DNA of 63,377 nucleotides, the filler included, from a candidate division WOR-3 bacterium (GTDB taxonomy: Bacteria; SDB-A): assembly GCA_016934535.1 (NCBI GenBank). It is 5 parts of 5 records of this genome, joined end to end, with 100 filler letters (N's around TTAATTAATTAA, not from the genome) between each part and the next. Parts side by side here need not be neighbours in the genome. Positions count along the whole stretch, not along the records: positions 56,804 to 63,377 come from JAFGSQ010000076.1; 4 more parts are not named here. The stretch is one strand, 5' to 3'. The notes beneath the pieces are model-generated. The model did not search any database. It was given only the letters and a program-made list of their open reading frames with translations, and was not told where the DNA came from. The position numbers and the translations under genes were made by a program. Positions 58,391 to 63,377 of the stretch are shown piece after piece; position 1 is the first letter of the stretch; each line of letters begins with the position of its first letter.

Positions 58391-59356
58391 TTGGAAAGCA
58401 TGAACCGGAAAATAATCGACAGGATAATAAAACAAACCGGCGCTCAGGATCTCGTTCAACTGCTGGTCGACAAACTTTCTTTCGGGGAACTGCAGTCGCT
58501 TCTGTTGAAAGTGTTCGAGTTGAAGACTAAAAAGAAAAGGCATAAAGACGTTCTTTCAGAATACCGGACAAACAGATTCTCCCGGCCTTCGGACATAAGT
58601 CCACTGATGCACAGAAAGTTCGAATTAGCCGTATTTTCACTGCTCCCCACCGGATTTGAAACAATAGACCTTTCGCCTCTCACGCCGCTCGGGACAACCA
58701 GTGTTCTGACGCCTGTTCACCAGAACAACGTCATCTCGACGGTGAGAAACACCGAGGTCGCGGCAGACACGACAAACATCCTCGCCCTTGAATGTGCAAA
58801 AAGGCGCGGCGAACTTCTGATGAACAACAAAAAGAACAATTATCCGGTAAAACTATGTTCGAGTCAGCGAGTAACGAGAGCCCAGATGTATGAAAACAGA
58901 AATTTTTCAGCTTTCTTCAACATCATCGCCCTGTGCACGGCTGGGAGGGATACCGGAAACGACGGTTTTGAAAACACCGCCCTCGAAGAACACGTAATGT
59001 TTTACACCAGAGTTATCGAAGAGTTAATCGAAGTGAACGACGTAAAAAGAATAAACATAAAGTTCTACAATTACGGGAACTGCGACAATTTAACACTGAT
59101 CGGAAACATAAAAAACAAACTCAAGGGGCGGGATAAGATCCTCTTCAAAACCGAGAACGACAGTTCTTTCGGTAGGAACTATTATTCAAGGCTCAGGTTC
59201 AATATCGGAGTCGTCAACTCTGAAGACAAGGAGTTTGACTACATAGACGGTGGATTCACAGACTGGACATCGGATCTTTTGAACAGTGATAAGGAAAGAC
59301 TTTTGACAAGCGCTATTGGAACCGATTATCTTTTACGGAGTATTAGAACCGTATAA
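58391..59356 (+). CDS. Hypothetical protein
   Basis: Long ORF with LSPLTPLGT, DTTNILALE, YY and DGGFTDW segments; function not assigned. Confidence 0.7.
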   Translation: MESMNRKIIDRIIKQTGAQDLVQLLVDKLSFGELQSLLLKVFELKTKKKRHKDVLSEYRTNRFSRPSDISPLMHRKFELAVFSLLPTGFETIDLSPLTPLGTTSVLTPVHQNNVISTVRNTEVAADTTNILALECAKRRGELLMNNKKNNYPVKLCSSQRVTRAQMYENRNFSAFFNIIALCTAGRDTGNDGFENTALEEHVMFYTRVIEELIEVNDVKRINIKFYNYGNCDNLTLIGNIKNKLKGRDKILFKTENDSSFGRNYYSRLRFNIGVVNSEDKEFDYIDGGFTDWTSDLLNSDKERLLTSAIGTDYLLRSIRTV

Positions 59357-59430
59357 CGGAATAGACCTTGTTTCACCAGGAATATTTTTTCTGAATTGCT
59401 TGCGGGAAATAACAAAAAGGAGGAAGGGTA

Positions 59431-60099
59431 ATGGCTGAGTGGAACGACCTGTTTCTTGACAAGGAGTTCATTGATCTGATTCCTCAAACTGAGATACACA
59501 GATTCATTGTAAATCTTCAGAAAATCTTTCAAACCCGAAAAGTAATGATATGGGATCAGTGCTGCGGCGCCGGACGCCACACTGTGCTTGCGGCAAAACT
59601 CGGATGCGATGTCTACTCTTCGGACGTATCCAAAAACGGAACCGATTACCTCAGATGCAGGCTTGATGAGGAAAATCTCGGGGCAAAAGTAAAAATCGCT
59701 GACATGACCAAAGATCCATGGGAAAATAAACGGTTTCACGGAGTAATGGTCTGGGACGCAATTCATCACAACACGATCGGAAACATCCGAAAAGCCTTCG
59801 ACATTATCTACGACCGGCTTCAACCGGGAGGACAATTTCTGTGCACTTTGATGTCCGACAAATCGAAGTCCTATGCCCTCGGCAGTGAAATAGAAAAAAA
59901 TACTTTCGTTCAGTCCGAAGGACCCGAAGCAGGCGTTCCACACCATTATTTCGACGAAGCGGAAGTCACAAACATTTTTCAGAAATGGAAAAAACTGGTT
60001 CTGTCTGAAAAAGAAGTCAGGTACGTAGAGACCGCAAAGGATTTCTACAAAACCAATCCTTTCGGATACACAAAATGGGAAATACTTCTGGAAAAATAA
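59431..60099 (+). CDS. Class I SAM-dependent methyltransferase
   Basis: DQCCGAGRH motif I; AAGGAGG RBS. Confidence 0.85.
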   Translation: MAEWNDLFLDKEFIDLIPQTEIHRFIVNLQKIFQTRKVMIWDQCCGAGRHTVLAAKLGCDVYSSDVSKNGTDYLRCRLDEENLGAKVKIADMTKDPWENKRFHGVMVWDAIHHNTIGNIRKAFDIIYDRLQPGGQFLCTLMSDKSKSYALGSEIEKNTFVQSEGPEAGVPHHYFDEAEVTNIFQKWKKLVLSEKEVRYVETAKDFYKTNPFGYTKWEILLEK

Positions 60100-60458
60100 C
60101 CGCCGCTGGTGACTGCATTTTGTGTGCCTTTTAAGGAAGAAAAGTGGAAACAAAACATTGGGTGAGATTCCGGCAAACGCCACACGAAGATTATAGAATT
60201 GGTAAAAATTGATGCTGGACAAAAGACAAATCGAGAACAACATAGGCTGGTCGACCTATTGTATGACCAGAATCGCAGCCAATGTTTTAAAGCACGAGAG
60301 AACTCAATGACTAACCGCTTATTGTTTATTTGACTTGGTCTGAAAGCAAATTTAAAATTTATATGATACGTTTATTATGCGAAAATTATTAGACACAAAC
60401 CGAAAAAACCAAAACCAGTCAACAAGAGAAAAAGTGTTTTGCTAGGAATCCTGGAGAT

Positions 60459-60629
60459 ATGAAAATTTCTTATGAACCCGTCGGAATCATACACACTCCG
60501 TTCAAGTCTAGAGAAGGTATGCCCATTCAGACCAGGGGGGCAAAAGGGATTAAAGGGAAAATCGTTCTGAATGAAGAGTTTGTCCCCGGTCTTTCCGACC
60601 TTGACGGATTTTCACACAATGAAATATGA
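60459..60629 (+). pseudogene. Truncated TrmO/TsaA-like tRNA methyltransferase
   Basis: MKISYEPVGIIHTPFK...PIQ...GLSDLDGFSH, then a stop after 56 aa; GGAG RBS. Confidence 0.8.
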
Positions 60630-60649
60630 CGTCTGGAAGAGGATTTGAT

Positions 60650-61207
60650 ATGTATGTTTTCATTACAATATGGGGGATTTGGTTTCTCTCGGAAATCTTT
60701 CTGTCAAGATTCGTAAAATCCAGATCGACGAACTCAGAAAATTTGGACAAAAACTCCCTGCGAATAATGTGGACAACTATCATTGTCTCAATTTTCGCCG
60801 GAGTGATTCTGATGATTTACACCAGTTTACCGGTATCAGGTTCCCCTCTGACGGCATACATCGGATTGTCAGTCATTGTCTCCGGTATGATTCTCCGCAT
60901 AATTGCCATCATAACTCTCGGAAGGTTTTTCACCGTTGATTTGGCGATCCACAGCGATCAGAGGATAATTCGAAAGGGTCTTTATAAATTCATCCGGCAT
61001 CCTTCCTATACGGGATCGTTGATTTCATTCGTCGGATTGGGCATGTCATTCAACAACTGGGCAAGTCTTGTTGTTATATCCGTTCCAGTAATTCTATCTT
61101 TTATTTACCGGATAAATGTTGAAGAGAATCTGATGTTTCGGCAATTCGGAAAGGAATACGATGAGTACAGGAAAAAGACCAGGCGGCTTATTCCGTTCGT
61201 ATATTGA
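60650..61207 (+). CDS. Isoprenylcysteine carboxyl methyltransferase (ICMT/Ste14) family protein
   Basis: TLGRFFT, GLYKFIRHPSYTG, RINVEE and FG.EY..Y...T.RLIP motifs. Confidence 0.88.
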   Translation: MYVFITIWGIWFLSEIFLSRFVKSRSTNSENLDKNSLRIMWTTIIVSIFAGVILMIYTSLPVSGSPLTAYIGLSVIVSGMILRIIAIITLGRFFTVDLAIHSDQRIIRKGLYKFIRHPSYTGSLISFVGLGMSFNNWASLVVISVPVILSFIYRINVEENLMFRQFGKEYDEYRKKTRRLIPFVY

Positions 61208-61396
61208 ATAGATTTCCATGAGAAAGCTGAATAATTCTGACAATGCTTTCAATGCCTATTATATTCGATCCGGTGTTATGTTGAAGCCTGTCGATTTTGA
61301 GATCCGAAAAAAGGGATATCAAATTTTCCGAACAGCTCAGATTTCGAAGATTTGACGGCAGGGAATGGTTTTACTTTGCGATTTGTGTTGCCGTTT

Positions 61397-63070
61397 CTAC
61401 GGCAGGACGATTTTTCCTTTCTGCTGAAATCCCCCAGAAGTGAAAGTATAAAAGTATAACCCGCATGGAATCGAATTTTGGAACAAGCGCATAGAATGTC
61501 TTCCCGCGGACAGATATCCGAAATCTCTGTCGGACACAAGTCTGCCTGAGGCGTCGAATAATTTTATCTTTGTATACCCGCCTTCAGGCAAATCGATTTC
61601 AAAGAGTATGTTTTCATCAGAAAACACAGTCTTAATTCTGTATAAAACCGGTATTTCATCTCCAAAAATTTCTTCAATGTTTACGTAGTAAGGCATCTGA
61701 ATGCCCGAAAAATATATTCTATTACCCGGAGTGTCAATATTATGAATTACTTGAAAATAAGGTTGATAAACCGGATTAAGCAACCATTTTAAATAAGTGC
61801 TTTTCGGCCTGTAATATTCAATGCTCGTGTCCGCGGGAGTTATCCTGTTTACGTTCCATGTAGTTCCGCTGTCATCTGACATCGCTGCATAAAGTTGAGT
61901 TGAATACAATGTGTCGTTGCCGATAACAGTATCCGCAACAGCGCTGAATGTAATCCAAAGGGCAGATCCAAAAATCGGTGGTTCAATTGAAATCACTCCG
62001 TAAATATCGAAAATTGATGGTGATGAGGCAATTTGTTCAAAAACGGAAGTATCTCCTGCGGCTATTGGAATAGCCCCAGAGGGATCAAAAACATAATTAC
62101 CCGGCGACCCTCCTGAGGGTTTTATGAAATACAATTCCCCGTATTCAAAAGAATCCCACATATCTTCAGAATTGTCAAAAATCGCCGCGATGTAAGGGAC
62201 ATTCTCTTCCGGACTGACAAAAACACCGTATCCACCTTTTAGGGATAAAGATAAAATCTGGCCTCCCGTCTGAACATTGAATAGCGTTTCCTCATCCGAC
62301 CATGTCACTCCGTAATCCGTTGTCTCCCTATAAAGCGGAATTTTAGGTGAACTGTCTGAATTTGAAACAGCGTAAAAAGCAAACGCGTATCCATTTAAAC
62401 CATTTTCAATAACTGCTGAAGATGTTATGTAATCTGCTGAAGGAGCTCTAAATACGAAATGCTCCCAGTTACTTCCGTGATCTGTGCTCCTCCATCCGTT
62501 TATTGTGTCAATTCCCGAAAGAATGCAGATTGTATCTCCATTTCCCCAGACGCAAATCGTATGCCCGTAATGAGAATAAGTGCTATCAATTTCATGAGGA
62601 TTGTATATTGCCCAAGGAGGATTTTCATCATAGGTAAAAAACAGCGTATTAAATTCGTTCCAGACTATGAAATTTTCGACAGCAGGGCTCGAAGGGTATT
62701 CATAATTATATCCCTGATCAATGTCAGTTTTAATTCTCATGGTAAAATTACTCCCCAGCTGATTGTAGGACCAATTATTACCGTTGTCTGTGGAATAGGA
62801 TTGATGGAGCAACATGTCATAGACGGGGTCTGAGGTCTTTACCGCGAAAATTATGGCTATGGTGTCGTATGAGGATATAATTTTTCTGCCCGGTCCAAGA
62901 AGTGCATCTTCATGCGCTTCAGCGGTTATGAATACCGGATATGACGGGGAAAAAAGCAAATATCCCTGTGCATCCAGTGTCGTGTAGACAGTTCCGTCTT
63001 TCTCGAAATTCAGGGAATAAATTGATTGGATGAAAAGAAAAAAACTCATGAACAATAATTGTTTTTTCAT
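61397..63070 (-). CDS. Secreted BNR/Asp-box protein with T9SS-type CTD
   Basis: Signal peptide; STDNGNNW, STDHGSNW, TTDYGVTW, SDDSGTTW; C-terminal LFDASGRLV...IPCGLYF. Confidence 0.8.
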   Translation of the reverse strand: MKKQLLFMSFFLFIQSIYSLNFEKDGTVYTTLDAQGYLLFSPSYPVFITAEAHEDALLGPGRKIISSYDTIAIIFAVKTSDPVYDMLLHQSYSTDNGNNWSYNQLGSNFTMRIKTDIDQGYNYEYPSSPAVENFIVWNEFNTLFFTYDENPPWAIYNPHEIDSTYSHYGHTICVWGNGDTICILSGIDTINGWRSTDHGSNWEHFVFRAPSADYITSSAVIENGLNGYAFAFYAVSNSDSSPKIPLYRETTDYGVTWSDEETLFNVQTGGQILSLSLKGGYGVFVSPEENVPYIAAIFDNSEDMWDSFEYGELYFIKPSGGSPGNYVFDPSGAIPIAAGDTSVFEQIASSPSIFDIYGVISIEPPIFGSALWITFSAVADTVIGNDTLYSTQLYAAMSDDSGTTWNVNRITPADTSIEYYRPKSTYLKWLLNPVYQPYFQVIHNIDTPGNRIYFSGIQMPYYVNIEEIFGDEIPVLYRIKTVFSDENILFEIDLPEGGYTKIKLFDASGRLVSDRDFGYLSAGRHSMRLFQNSIPCGLYFYTFTSGGFQQKGKIVLP

Positions 63071-63111
63071 TGTTTCTCCTTTTGTATTTATTATACAAGG
63101 TGAAGAAAACT

Positions 63112-63377
63112 AACCGCAAATATGATTTTTTATCATAGATGAAAATATCGCGGTATTTTTTTTTACAAAAAAAACCGTACCACGAATAAACGCGAAGCAG
63201 AAAAATACATTTCTGTATAAAATTTGTATCTCAAATTTTATACTTCGTGAAGCTCTCTTACTTTGCTATGCAAATAAGAGAGCCTTCGTGCAGGTGATAA
63301 TCGAAGATTTTCACCGACTTCGTGGTAGAATTTTTCTTTGGTTTTTGAATAGATTCAGAAATAAAAGGTTGAAAAAA
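63112..63377. repeat. CACGAA-family repeat locus 3 (window end)
   Basis: Plus-strand AACCGCAAAT-hairpin and ACCACGAATAAACGCGAAG, then minus-strand CACGAAG-hairpin-CACGAAG-hairpin-CACGAAG. Confidence 0.78.

Noticed and set aside
59326-60243. 305-aa minus-strand ORF
   Set aside because: Antisense shadow of the methyltransferase, which has motif I and a strong RBS
60305-60395. attC site (GACTAAC...ATTAGAC)
   Set aside because: The R' box lacks GTT and the internal palindrome is not convincing

Overview
This window is not one continuous locus. It is five assembly contigs (1-18195, 18296-33110, 33211-45345, 45446-56703, 56804-63377) joined by artificial 100-nt N/TTAATTAATTAA linkers, so adjacency across a linker means nothing. 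The gene content points to an anaerobic diderm bacterium: [FeFe]-hydrogenase, outer-membrane barrels, a gingipain-like C25 peptidase and T9SS-type C-terminal domains. A WOR-3/FCB-adjacent candidate lineage is my inference. Contig 1 holds two unannotated small ORFs with their own promoter and terminator, an 8-oxoguanine-deaminase-like amidohydrolase, umuDC, a nucleotidyltransferase/ABC exporter pair, a full phoBR-porin-pstSCAB-phoU locus with a Pho-box-like repeat, and nfeD/SPFH. Contig 2 holds an IS4-like end, a run of accessory genes, a phased CACGAA repeat array, and a two-gene NADH-linked [FeFe]-hydrogenase preceded by a P3-less Moco (tungsten-cofactor-type) riboswitch with a leader ORF. 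Contig 3 holds tRNA-Lys, an ECF sigma/anti-sigma/Spy module, lspA, upp and tilS-hpt-ftsH-folP-cdaA. Contig 4 holds tRNA-Val, two flippase-like genes plus a PorV-like barrel divergent from a C25 peptidase, asd, a barrel-HhH fusion and an IS-interrupted mosaic gene. Contig 5 holds an EIIA-PII-like fusion, eroded accessory genes and a CTD-bearing BNR protein. The best leads are (i) the riboswitch-uORF-hairpin leader on a hydrogenase that contains no pterin cofactor, (ii) a dispersed 10-bp-phased CACGAA repeat family carrying variable, covarying hairpins at three loci, and (iii) the two-peptide transcription unit at 42-425. All calls come from reading motifs by eye; no searches were run.
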